Assembly (NCBI GenBank): GCA_016291405.1
Contig: JAEEXG010000009.1
Coordinates: 23 to 64,022, forward strand
Length of the DNA stretch: 64,000 nt
From: Lachnospiraceae bacterium
GTDB lineage: Bacteria; Bacillota; Clostridia; Lachnospirales; Lachnospiraceae
Direction of reading: 5' to 3'
The position numbers and the translations under genes were made by a program. The notes below the pieces were generated by a model. That model saw only the letters and a list, made by a program, of their open reading frames with translations, did not search any database and was not told where the DNA came from. Within the stretch, counting starts at the first letter, position 1; each line of letters starts with the position of its first letter. This document shows, piece by piece, positions 39,138-47,192 of the stretch.

Positions 39138-42100
39138 ATGGGCAATGTAAGACGTATTTATGTTGAAAAGAAAGAGCCTTTTGCTGTAAAGGCAAGGGAA
39201 CTTAAGGAGGAGATAAGCGGATTCTTGGGAATTAGCGGCGTAGAAAAAGTTCGCGTTCTTATTAGATACGATATCGAAGGCTTATCGGAAGAAACCTACC
39301 AAAGAGCAAAGACCACAATCTTTTCGGAACCGCCGGTAGATGACGTACTGGAAGAAGATTTACCTATCAAAGCGGATGAGAGAGTTTTCAGCGTAGAATT
39401 CTTGCCCGGACAGTTTGACCAAAGAGCAGACTCTGCCGTTCAGTGTATCGGTTTCTTAAATGAAGAAGAAACACCTGTGATAAAGACAGCAGTAACTTAT
39501 GTTTTAAGCGGAAAGATTACAGACGAAGAGTTTGACAGAATCAAGGAAAACTGCATTAACCACGTTGATTCAAGAGAAACAGGTCTTGTTAAGCCTGAAA
39601 CTTTAAAGACAGAATTTAAAGAGCCCGATGATGTAATAATCTTAAACGGCTTTAAAGATATGAATGCGGAAGAACTTGAAGGACTTTATTCTTCACTTTC
39701 TTTGGCCATGACATTCAAAGATTTTCTTCATATTCAAAAGTACTTTAACCATGAAGAAAAAAGAGACCCTTCAATGACAGAAATAAGGGTGCTCGATACT
39801 TACTGGTCAGACCACTGCAGACACACAACATTTTCAACAGAGCTTAAAAACATCACATTTGAAGATGGTTTTTACAAGACTCCTATCGAAACCACTTACC
39901 AAAGCTACCTTGATACAAGAGAAGATATCTTTAAAGGCAGATCCGATAAGTTTGTGTGCCTTATGGATTTAGCCTTAATGGCAATGAGAAAGCTTAAAAA
40001 AGAAGGTAAGCTTAAAGACCAGGAAGAAACCGATGAAATCAATGCTTGCTCTATTGTAGTTCCCGTTGAAATCGACGGAGAAAAGGAAGAGTGGCTTGTA
40101 AGCTTTAAGAACGAAACTCACAACCATCCTACAGAAATCGAACCTTTTGGTGGAGCCGCTACCTGCCTTGGTGGAGCCATAAGAGATCCCCTTTCCGGAC
40201 GTTCTTATGTATATCAGGCAATGCGTATCACAGGTGCTGCAGACCCTACTGTTTCTGTGGCAGATACCATTAAAGGTAAGCTTCCTCAGAAGAAACTTGT
40301 TAAGACTGCGGCAGCAGGATATTCATCATATGGTAACCAGATTGGACTTGCCACAGGATATGTAAAGGAAGTTTACCATCCTTCATATGTAGCAAAGAGA
40401 ATGGAAATCGGTGCCGTTATGGGCGCTGCTCCAAGATCTAACGTAATTAGAGAAACTTCGGACCCCGGCGATATCATCATCTTACTTGGCGGTAGAACAG
40501 GACGTGATGGCTGCGGCGGTGCAACAGGTTCTTCTAAGGTACATACAGAAAGCTCAATTGAAACCTGCGGAGCTGAAGTTCAAAAGGGTAATGCACCTGT
40601 AGAAAGAAAGATTCAGCGTTTGTTCAGACGTCCCGAAGTTACTAAGTTAATTAAGAAGTGTAACGACTTTGGTGCAGGCGGTGTTTCAGTCGCAATCGGT
40701 GAACTTGCAGACGGATTAAGAGTAAATCTTGACCTTGTACCTAAGAAATATGCAGGCCTTGACGGAACAGAGCTTGCCATTTCAGAATCTCAGGAAAGAA
40801 TGGCGGTTGTTGTAGACCCTAAGGATGCAGATAAGTTCCTTGAATATTCTAAGGAAGAAAACTTAGAGGCAGTAAAGGTAGCAACTGTTACTAAAGAACC
40901 GAGACTCGTGCTTACCTGGAGAGGAAAAGAAATCGTTAACTTATCAAGAGCATTTCTTGATACAAACGGTGCTCACCAGGAAACAGATGTAACCGTTACA
41001 ATGCCCGATGAAAAGAATAAGTACTTTGAAAAGATTGCTATAGATAAAGTAGATAAGGCAGTTAAAGACAATAACTTTAAAGAAGCCGCAAAGGCAGTTT
41101 TGTCAGACTTAAACGAATGCTCACAAAAGGGCCTTGTGGAAGAATTTGACTCATCCATCGGTGCAGGCTCAGTGCTTATGCCTTACGGCGGTAAGACTCA
41201 GCTTACAGAGACTCAGACAATGGTAGCAAAGCTTCCTGTATTAAAAGGAAAGTGCGACACCGTTACCATGATGAGCTACGGATTCGATCCTTACCTTTCA
41301 AGCTGGTCACCTTATCACGGAGCAATTTACGCAGTGCTTTCTTCAATCTCTAAAATTGTATGTTCAGGTGGTGATGCAAGTAAGATTCGCTTCACCTTCC
41401 AGGAATACTTTAAGAGAATGACTGCAGAGCCCAAGCGTTGGAGCCAGCCTTTCTCGGCTTTGCTTGGTGCATTTGATGCACAGATAGGTTTCGGCCTTCC
41501 TTCAATCGGCGGAAAAGACTCAATGTCAGGAACCTTCAACGATATTGACGTTCCTCCCACACTGGTTTCTTTTGCCGTATGCGTTGATAACGAAGAAAAC
41601 GTTATTACACCCGAACTTAAAAAGGCTAAAGACAGACTTGTGTTATTTACCATCGAGCACGACGATTACGACATGGTAAATTACGAAAAAGCAATTTCTT
41701 TGTACAAATACATTAGAGATTTGAACCTTGATAAGAAAATAAAGGCAGCCTACACGGTTGATTCAAACGGTGTGTTTGCGGCAGTTTCAAAGATGGCCTT
41801 TGGTAACGGCCTCGGAGTTAAGTTTAATGACTCTTTGGAACTTGAAGATTTGTTTAAAAACAATCTTGGCGCAATCATTGTTGAAACCGATGCAGACATT
41901 GTTACAAAAGACCATGAATCTTATGAAATCGGTAGAGTGACAGACGATGGAATGTTTACATTTAAGGATGCTTCACTTCCTGTTTGCGAAGCACTTGAAG
42001 CTTGGAAGAAACCTCTTGAAAAGATCTTCCCCACAAAGGCAGTTAAAGACGAGACTCCTTTGGAAGATAAGCTTTACAAAGCAGATTCCATTTATGTTTG

Positions 42101-42917
42101 CAAGAATAAGGTAGCAAAGCCTACAGTATTTATCCCCGTATTCCCCGGTACCAACTGTGAATACGATTCGGCAAAGGCCTTTGAAAGAGCAGGGGCAGAC
42201 ACAATCGTTAAGGTGTTTAAGAATCAGACGGCGGATGATATTAGAGAAAGCGTAGCGGAATTTGAAAAGGCAATTGCAAATGCCCAGATTATCATGTTCC
42301 CGGGCGGCTTCTCAGCAGGTGATGAACCCGATGGTTCAGCTAAGTTCTTTGCAACTGCATTCAGAAATGAAAAGTTAAAAGAAGCCGTGCTTAAGCTCTT
42401 AAATGAAAGAGACGGACTTGCACTTGGTATCTGTAATGGATTCCAGGCCCTCATAAAGTTAGGCCTTGTACCTTACGGCACCATCATTGATACCCAGGAT
42501 GCTTCTTCACCCACACTTACATACAACACAATCAACCGTCACATATCAAAGATGGTTTACACAAAGGTTGTTTCAAATAAGTCTCCCTGGCTTTCAAATG
42601 CTAAGCTTGGGGGTGTGTACACAAACCCCGCATCCCACGGCGAAGGAAGATTTGTTGCAAGTAAGGAATGGCTCGATAAGCTCTTTAAGAATGGTCAGGT
42701 AGCTACAAGATACTGCGACTTTGACGGTAACATCTCAATGGATGAAGAGTTTAACATTAACGGTTCCTACGAAGCAATCGAAGGTATCACATCCGAAGAC
42801 GGAAGATGCTTAGGTAAGATGGCTCACTCAGAAAGACGTGGCGACCACGTTGCCATAAACATTTACGGAGAGCAGGATCTTAAGATCTTTGAATCCGGTG
42901 TTGAGTACTTTAAATAA
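39138..42917 (+). CDS. purL: Phosphoribosylformylglycinamidine synthase (single-chain large PurL)
   Basis: 1259 aa with duplicated AIRS-like domains. The C-terminal glutaminase carries the nucleophile motif LGICNGFQAL and HSERR. Confidence 0.9.
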   Translation: MGNVRRIYVEKKEPFAVKARELKEEISGFLGISGVEKVRVLIRYDIEGLSEETYQRAKTTIFSEPPVDDVLEEDLPIKADERVFSVEFLPGQFDQRADSAVQCIGFLNEEETPVIKTAVTYVLSGKITDEEFDRIKENCINHVDSRETGLVKPETLKTEFKEPDDVIILNGFKDMNAEELEGLYSSLSLAMTFKDFLHIQKYFNHEEKRDPSMTEIRVLDTYWSDHCRHTTFSTELKNITFEDGFYKTPIETTYQSYLDTREDIFKGRSDKFVCLMDLALMAMRKLKKEGKLKDQEETDEINACSIVVPVEIDGEKEEWLVSFKNETHNHPTEIEPFGGAATCLGGAIRDPLSGRSYVYQAMRITGAADPTVSVADTIKGKLPQKKLVKTAAAGYSSYGNQIGLATGYVKEVYHPSYVAKRMEIGAVMGAAPRSNVIRETSDPGDIIILLGGRTGRDGCGGATGSSKVHTESSIETCGAEVQKGNAPVERKIQRLFRRPEVTKLIKKCNDFGAGGVSVAIGELADGLRVNLDLVPKKYAGLDGTELAISESQERMAVVVDPKDADKFLEYSKEENLEAVKVATVTKEPRLVLTWRGKEIVNLSRAFLDTNGAHQETDVTVTMPDEKNKYFEKIAIDKVDKAVKDNNFKEAAKAVLSDLNECSQKGLVEEFDSSIGAGSVLMPYGGKTQLTETQTMVAKLPVLKGKCDTVTMMSYGFDPYLSSWSPYHGAIYAVLSSISKIVCSGGDASKIRFTFQEYFKRMTAEPKRWSQPFSALLGAFDAQIGFGLPSIGGKDSMSGTFNDIDVPPTLVSFAVCVDNEENVITPELKKAKDRLVLFTIEHDDYDMVNYEKAISLYKYIRDLNLDKKIKAAYTVDSNGVFAAVSKMAFGNGLGVKFNDSLELEDLFKNNLGAIIVETDADIVTKDHESYEIGRVTDDGMFTFKDASLPVCEALEAWKKPLEKIFPTKAVKDETPLEDKLYKADSIYVCKNKVAKPTVFIPVFPGTNCEYDSAKAFERAGADTIVKVFKNQTADDIRESVAEFEKAIANAQIIMFPGGFSAGDEPDGSAKFFATAFRNEKLKEAVLKLLNERDGLALGICNGFQALIKLGLVPYGTIIDTQDASSPTLTYNTINRHISKMVYTKVVSNKSPWLSNAKLGGVYTNPASHGEGRFVASKEWLDKLFKNGQVATRYCDFDGNISMDEEFNINGSYEAIEGITSEDGRCLGKMAHSERRGDHVAINIYGEQDLKIFESGVEYFK

Positions 42918-42973
42918 ATAAGTTTTTAAAACTCAGGCGTGCAAACTTGCACGCCTGTGATATACTTATACCC

Positions 42974-43606
42974 ATGAATCAGATAAACTATCAAAAGAAA
43001 CTGGATGAAACCTTAGATAATAAGGATACTAAGTCTAAAAGTCTTTTGCTTCAGTGCTGTTGCGCCCCGTGCTCAAGTCACTGTCTTACATATATTGAGG
43101 GAAAGATTAATATAACGGCATATTATTATAACCCCAATATTGCGGAGCGTGACGAATACGACAAGCGGGCAGCTGAACTTAAGAGACTGGTGGGTATCCT
43201 TAACAGCGAGTTTCCGGATGCAAACATAGAATTTAAAGAAGGCCCCTTTGAGCCTGAAAAATTCTTTTTGGTATCCAAGGGCTTAGAAAATGAGCCTGAA
43301 AGAGGAGCCCGCTGCGCCAAGTGCTTTGAGTTAAGACTTAAAGAAACGGCAAAAAAGGCAAAAGCTGAAGGCTTTGACTATATTGCCACTACACTTACTC
43401 TTAGCCCCCTTAAGGATGCCCGTTTAATAAATGAAATAGGAGAGAGAGTTGCAAAAGAAGAAGGCGTTTTGTGGCTTTACTCTGACTTTAAAAAGCAGGA
43501 AGGCTATAAACATTCCGTAGAACTTTCAAATAAATACGGACTATACCGCCAGAATTATTGCGGATGTCCATTTTCAAAAAGAGGTAAAAATGAAGAAGTT
43601 ACTTGA
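42974..43606 (+). CDS. queH: Epoxyqueuosine reductase QueH (DUF208 family)
   Basis: LLLQCCCAPCS and NYCGC motifs. ATG 42974 is preferred over the ORF-track start 42947. Confidence 0.75.
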   Translation: MNQINYQKKLDETLDNKDTKSKSLLLQCCCAPCSSHCLTYIEGKINITAYYYNPNIAERDEYDKRAAELKRLVGILNSEFPDANIEFKEGPFEPEKFFLVSKGLENEPERGARCAKCFELRLKETAKKAKAEGFDYIATTLTLSPLKDARLINEIGERVAKEEGVLWLYSDFKKQEGYKHSVELSNKYGLYRQNYCGCPFSKRGKNEEVT

Positions 43607-45353
43607 ATTAATATCAGAAGAAGTAAGCATGGCTTTTGAAAAGTCAGGCTATGACAAAAGTGCGGGAAAGGTTAATGTTTCAAATCGTCCCGACCTTTGC
43701 GAATATCAGTGTAACGGTGCAATGGCTTTAGCTAAGGCGCTTAAAACCGCACCTATAAACATTGCAAACACAGTTGTTGAAAACCTTAAAGATTCAAAGG
43801 TATTTTCAGAAGTTTCAGCTGTAATGCCGGGATTTATAAACTTAAACATTAATCCCGATTTTCTCGCAGACTATGTATCAAAGATGGCATGCGAAGAAAA
43901 GTTTGGATTGGAAACACCTAAGAAACTTAAAATCATGCTTGATTACGGCGGACCAAACGTAGCAAAGGCTTTACACGTAGGCCATTTGCGCTCAGGCGTT
44001 ATCGGCGATGCCATTAACAGAATCTGTAAATACATGGGTCATGAAACCATCAGCGACATTCATATGGGCGACTGGGGTACACCCATGGGACTTATTATGC
44101 ACGAGCTTTCTTTACGTAAGCCCGACCTTCCTTATTTTGATGAGTCTTTTACAGGCGAATACCCTGTAGAGCCTCCTTTTACAGTAGCTGATTTGGAAGA
44201 AATCTATCCTACAGCTTCTAAAAAGTCAAAGGAAGACGAAGAGTACAAAGCAAAAGCTTTGGAAAAAACATACAAGCTTCAGACAGGCGTAAGAGGATAT
44301 CGCGCATTGTGGAATCACATAATCAATGTTTCCGTTAACGATATGCGCAGAATTTACGATAACCTCGGTGTTCACTTTGACTTATGGAATGGTGAATCAA
44401 GCGTTCATGAGCTTATCCCCGACATGGTTAAGTACATGAAGGACGGAGGATATGCTTATTTAAGCGAAGGCGCTTTGGTCGTAGATGTTAAAGAAGAAAC
44501 CGACACAAAGGAAATGCCTCCTTGCATTATCTTAAAATCCGACGGAGCTTCTTTGTACAATACAACAGACCTTGCAACCATCATGGACCGTAAGCAAAAA
44601 TACAATCCCGACCGCTACATTTACTTAACAGACAAGCGTCAGGATTTATACTTTGAGCAGGTGTTCCGCTGCGCTCACAAGACAAAGCTTGTATCAGAAG
44701 ATACAAACCTTGCGCACGTTGGCTTTGGTACCATGAACGGTAAGGACGGAAAGCCCTTTAAGACCCGTGACGGCGGAGTTATGCGTCTTGAATCTTTGAT
44801 GAATGATGTTAACGAAGCTACACTTAATAAGATTAAAGAAAACCGTGAAATGAGCGATGAAGACGCTTTAAGGATTTCTAAGATTGTAGGCCTTGCAGCT
44901 TTAAAATACGGCGATTTGTCAAACGTTCCCGCTAAGGACTATATCTTTGATATGGACCGTTTCACTTCCTTTGAAGGAAACTCAGGCCCCTACATTTTAT
45001 ATACAATCGTTCGTATTAAATCTATTCTTGAAAAGTTTGCTGCAGATGGCGGAAACGTAGATTCCTGCAAGATTTCAGGTGTAGACAATGCTTCAGAAAA
45101 AGAACTTATGAAGGAGCTTACTTTCTTTTCACAGACTGTGGAAGCTGCATACGAAGAGCTTGCTCCCAGTAAGATTTGTGCGTTTATCTATGACCTTGCA
45201 AACGCACTTAACTCTTTCTATCACGAAACAAAGATTTTAACGGAAGAAGACGTTAATAAAAAGAACTCTTATATTGCACTTATTAATTTAACAAAGCAGG
45301 TGCTTGAAACATGCATCGACATGCTTGGTTTCTCAGCACCCGAAAGGATGTAA
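43590..45353 (+). CDS. argS: Arginine-tRNA ligase
   Basis: HIGH-type motif HVGHLRS, 587 aa and a DALR-type C-terminal domain. It overlaps the queH end by 17 nt. Confidence 0.9.
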   Translation: MKKLLELISEEVSMAFEKSGYDKSAGKVNVSNRPDLCEYQCNGAMALAKALKTAPINIANTVVENLKDSKVFSEVSAVMPGFINLNINPDFLADYVSKMACEEKFGLETPKKLKIMLDYGGPNVAKALHVGHLRSGVIGDAINRICKYMGHETISDIHMGDWGTPMGLIMHELSLRKPDLPYFDESFTGEYPVEPPFTVADLEEIYPTASKKSKEDEEYKAKALEKTYKLQTGVRGYRALWNHIINVSVNDMRRIYDNLGVHFDLWNGESSVHELIPDMVKYMKDGGYAYLSEGALVVDVKEETDTKEMPPCIILKSDGASLYNTTDLATIMDRKQKYNPDRYIYLTDKRQDLYFEQVFRCAHKTKLVSEDTNLAHVGFGTMNGKDGKPFKTRDGGVMRLESLMNDVNEATLNKIKENREMSDEDALRISKIVGLAALKYGDLSNVPAKDYIFDMDRFTSFEGNSGPYILYTIVRIKSILEKFAADGGNVDSCKISGVDNASEKELMKELTFFSQTVEAAYEELAPSKICAFIYDLANALNSFYHETKILTEEDVNKKNSYIALINLTKQVLETCIDMLGFSAPERM

Positions 45354-45887
45354 ATGAGAATAGGACACGGATACGATGTTCATAAATTGGTTGAAGGAAG
45401 AGACTTAATCATTGGGGGAGTTAAAATCCCTCATGATAAAGGCCTTCTCGGACACTCTGACGCAGACGTGCTTACCCACGCCGTCATGGATTCACTTCTT
45501 GGTGCGGCAGCCCTTGGAGATATCGGGCTTCACTTCCCCGATACCGATGAAAAGTACAAAGGCGCCGACAGCATTAAGTTACTTGAAGAAGTGGGAAACC
45601 TCTTAGAACAAAACATGTACTACGTAGAAAACATCGATGCCACCATCTTGGCTCAGGCCCCAAAGATGCGTCCCTACATCGATGAAATGAGAAAGAATAT
45701 AGCTAAGGCACTTAGAATTGAAGTATCAATCGTAAATGTCAAGGCTACCACCGAAGAAGGCTTAGGCTTTACAGGCGCAAAGGAAGGCATCGCCGCACAC
45801 AGCGTATGCTTAATAGGCTCAATCAGAGATCTTCAAAGCCCCATGGGCTCAGGCTGCGCAGGATGCGCAGGCTGCGTGAAACAGTAG
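45354..45887 (+). CDS. ispF: 2-C-methyl-D-erythritol 2,4-cyclodiphosphate synthase with a ~20-aa Cys/Gly-rich C-terminal extension
   Basis: [21 protein letters not shown] motifs. The tail [19 protein letters not shown] is encoded by a GC-rich segment. Confidence 0.9.
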   Translation: MRIGHGYDVHKLVEGRDLIIGGVKIPHDKGLLGHSDADVLTHAVMDSLLGAAALGDIGLHFPDTDEKYKGADSIKLLEEVGNLLEQNMYYVENIDATILAQAPKMRPYIDEMRKNIAKALRIEVSIVNVKATTEEGLGFTGAKEGIAAHSVCLIGSIRDLQSPMGSGCAGCAGCVKQ

Positions 45888-45895
45888 ATTAATTA

Positions 45896-46084
45896 AATAT
45901 CGAGGGATTATATAATGTTTTTCGGCACGCTTGCGCTTAGGTCTCCGCTTCGCTTCGGTCGGGTCATAGCCAAGGTCCCCTGGACCTTGTTCCCCCTCGC
46001 GTAACGGATGCTAAGCTCGAAAATACCTCGCTAAGCACCGACGCTGTGGAGGTCCTCAAAATCATTATATAATCCCTCGATATT
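45896..46084. repeat. GC-rich hairpin-closed intergenic repeat, copy X2
   Basis: Perfect 22-nt terminal inverted arms AATATCGAGGGATTATATAATG / CATTATATAATCCCTCGATATT enclose a ~145-nt GC-rich core. The core segment ..CTCCGCTTCGCTTCGGTCGGGTCA..AAGGTCC..GGACCTTGTTCCCCCTC is the reverse complement of 46934-46996 in X3. Confidence 0.85.
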
Positions 46085-46129
46085 TTTATATTCTAGCGCA
46101 GCCGACGCGAGCGGGGTTTGGCGCCCGGT

Positions 46130-46462
46130 GGGCCAATACGAAATAATTTTAAAATTGGGAGTAATTTAACACTAAAAGCAAGGGCAATTCTTTTATTGCT
46201 GGGCCAATATGGAAAAGGCTATGAATTGGGAGCATTTTAAGCTGTTTCCGAGGTTTGCCGGGGGCTGCCTTGGGCCAATATGAAAAAAGTTTAGGATTGG
46301 GAGCAAAAATGGCCATTTTCTACTCCCAAATGGGCATGGATTTGATATTGGCCCAATTCAGTTAACATAACAAAGAAGAAACCGTCTAAATTACTCCCAA
46401 TTCCTTATGGATTTCATATTGGGACACGAGGTTAACATAACAGCAGAATCAATTCCTTTTTT
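46130..46462. repeat. Five dyad-containing repeat units with exact 71-bp period (three direct, then two inverted)
   Basis: Units GGGCCAATAyGnAAA-N10-ATTGGGAGyA start at 46130, 46201 and 46272. Reverse-complement units end at 46354 and 46425. The inverted blocks also share GTTAACATAACA. Confidence 0.8.
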
Positions 46463-46523
46463 GTAGCTATAATCAGAAAGAAAAATCAAATCGAGATAAA
46501 AAACAAAAAATACAAAATTTCCG

Positions 46524-46552
46524 CTTGACAACAGGTGCCTGCTTAGTTATAC
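46524..46552 (+). promoter_or_regulatory. Sigma-A-type promoter of the tRNA operon
   Basis: TTGACA (46524-46529), a 17-nt spacer, then TATACT (46547-46552), 21 nt upstream of tRNA-Val. Confidence 0.7.
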
Positions 46553-46573
46553 TAATCAAGTCGGTTGAGACAA

Positions 46574-46646
46574 GGGGTCTTAGCTCAGCTGGGAGAGCAT
46601 CTGCCTTACAAGCAGAGGGTCACAGGTTCGAGCCCTGTAGGCCCCA
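46574..46646 (+). tRNA. tRNA-Val (anticodon TAC)
   Basis: Manual cloverleaf. Acceptor GGGGTCT/AGGCCCC, D arm GCTC-AGCTGGGA-GAGC and anticodon arm TCTGC-CTTACAA-GCAGA. T arm ACAGG-TTCGAGC-CCTGT. Confidence 0.9.
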
Positions 46647-46672
46647 CTTAATAAATCGACTTAATCAAATAT

Positions 46673-46746
46673 GGCGAGATAGCTCAGTTGGCTAGAGCAT
46701 GCGGTTCATACCCGCAGTGTCGAGGGTTCGAATCCCCCTCTCGCTA
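46673..46746 (+). tRNA. tRNA with CAT anticodon (elongator tRNA-Met type; lysidine tRNA-Ile2 not excluded)
   Basis: Acceptor GGCGAGA/TCTCGCT, D arm GCTC-AGTTGGCTA-GAGC and anticodon arm TGCGG-TTCATAC-CCGCA. T arm GAGGG-TTCGAAT-CCCCC has one mismatch. It lacks the initiator features. Confidence 0.8.
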
Positions 46747-46756
46747 TTATAAATAC

Positions 46757-46829
46757 CGGGGTGTGGCTCAGGTGGTAGAGCGCCACGTTAGGGACGTGGA
46801 GGCCGCAAGTTCAAGTCTTGTCACTCCGA
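46757..46829 (+). tRNA. tRNA-Pro with unusual anticodon AGG
   Basis: Acceptor CGGGGTG/CACTCCG (C1-G72, one G-U), D arm GCTC-AGGTGGTA-GAGC and anticodon arm CCACG-TTAGGGA-CGTGG. The anticodon is A34 G35 G36 at 46790-46792, with G37. T arm GCAAG-TTCAAGT-CTTGT, discriminator A. Confidence 0.75.
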
Positions 46830-46831
46830 CT

Positions 46832-46872
46832 AAAACAAAAGAATCATCCAAATGGATGATTCTTTTGTTTTA
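46832..46872 (+). terminator. Rho-independent terminator of the tRNA operon
   Basis: Long stem AAAACAAAAGAATCATCC / GGATGATTCTTTTGTTTT followed by TACTC. Confidence 0.8.
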
Positions 46873-46879
46873 CTCTGAA

Positions 46880-47095
46880 TTAAAATTACGAATCTGCGGC
46901 CTCCCTTCGCCCCTAACGTGCGGTTAGGGCGTGGAGGGGGAACGAGGTCCGGTGGACCTCGGTTTTGACCCGACCGAAGCGAAGCGGAGAGCGCAAGTTC
47001 AAGTAAATCGGTAACGCGAGAGCGACCCGAGGAGGCCGCAAACGCATCTCGAAGCGTAGATCGCAAGTTCAAGTCCTGTCTTAATTTGAAATTAA
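46880..47095. repeat. GC-rich repeat, copy X3 (inverted relative to X2) containing tRNA-Pro-like fragments
   Basis: Positions 46934-46996 are the reverse complement of the X2 core. The closing stem is GCGGCCTCC (46895-46903) / GGAGGCCGC (47031-47039). It holds copies of tRNA-Pro segments (CGGTTAGGGCGTGGAGG, GCGCAAGTTCAAGT, TCGCAAGTTCAAGTCCTGTC). Confidence 0.8.
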
Positions 47096-47192
47096 TTTTT
47101 CATGAGAATGCTTCCTTTTTTACCATTTCACTGTTACAATGTTGCCAAGATTGAGATAATAATGGTATTTATTGACTGTGAGGTGAAGGGAA

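Noticed and set aside
46130-46462. Possible degenerate CRISPR array (about 37-nt units repeating every 71 bp).
   Set aside because: Only the two ends of each unit are conserved and the middle varies. Two of the five units are in inverted orientation. No cas genes or leader-like region lie nearby. It is reported instead as an iteron-like dyad repeat array.
46688-47072. ORFs 46688-46927 (+) and 46830-47072 (-).
   Set aside because: They run through two tRNA genes, the operon terminator and the GC-rich X3 repeat. They have no RBS, and their openness is explained by the GC-rich non-coding sequence.
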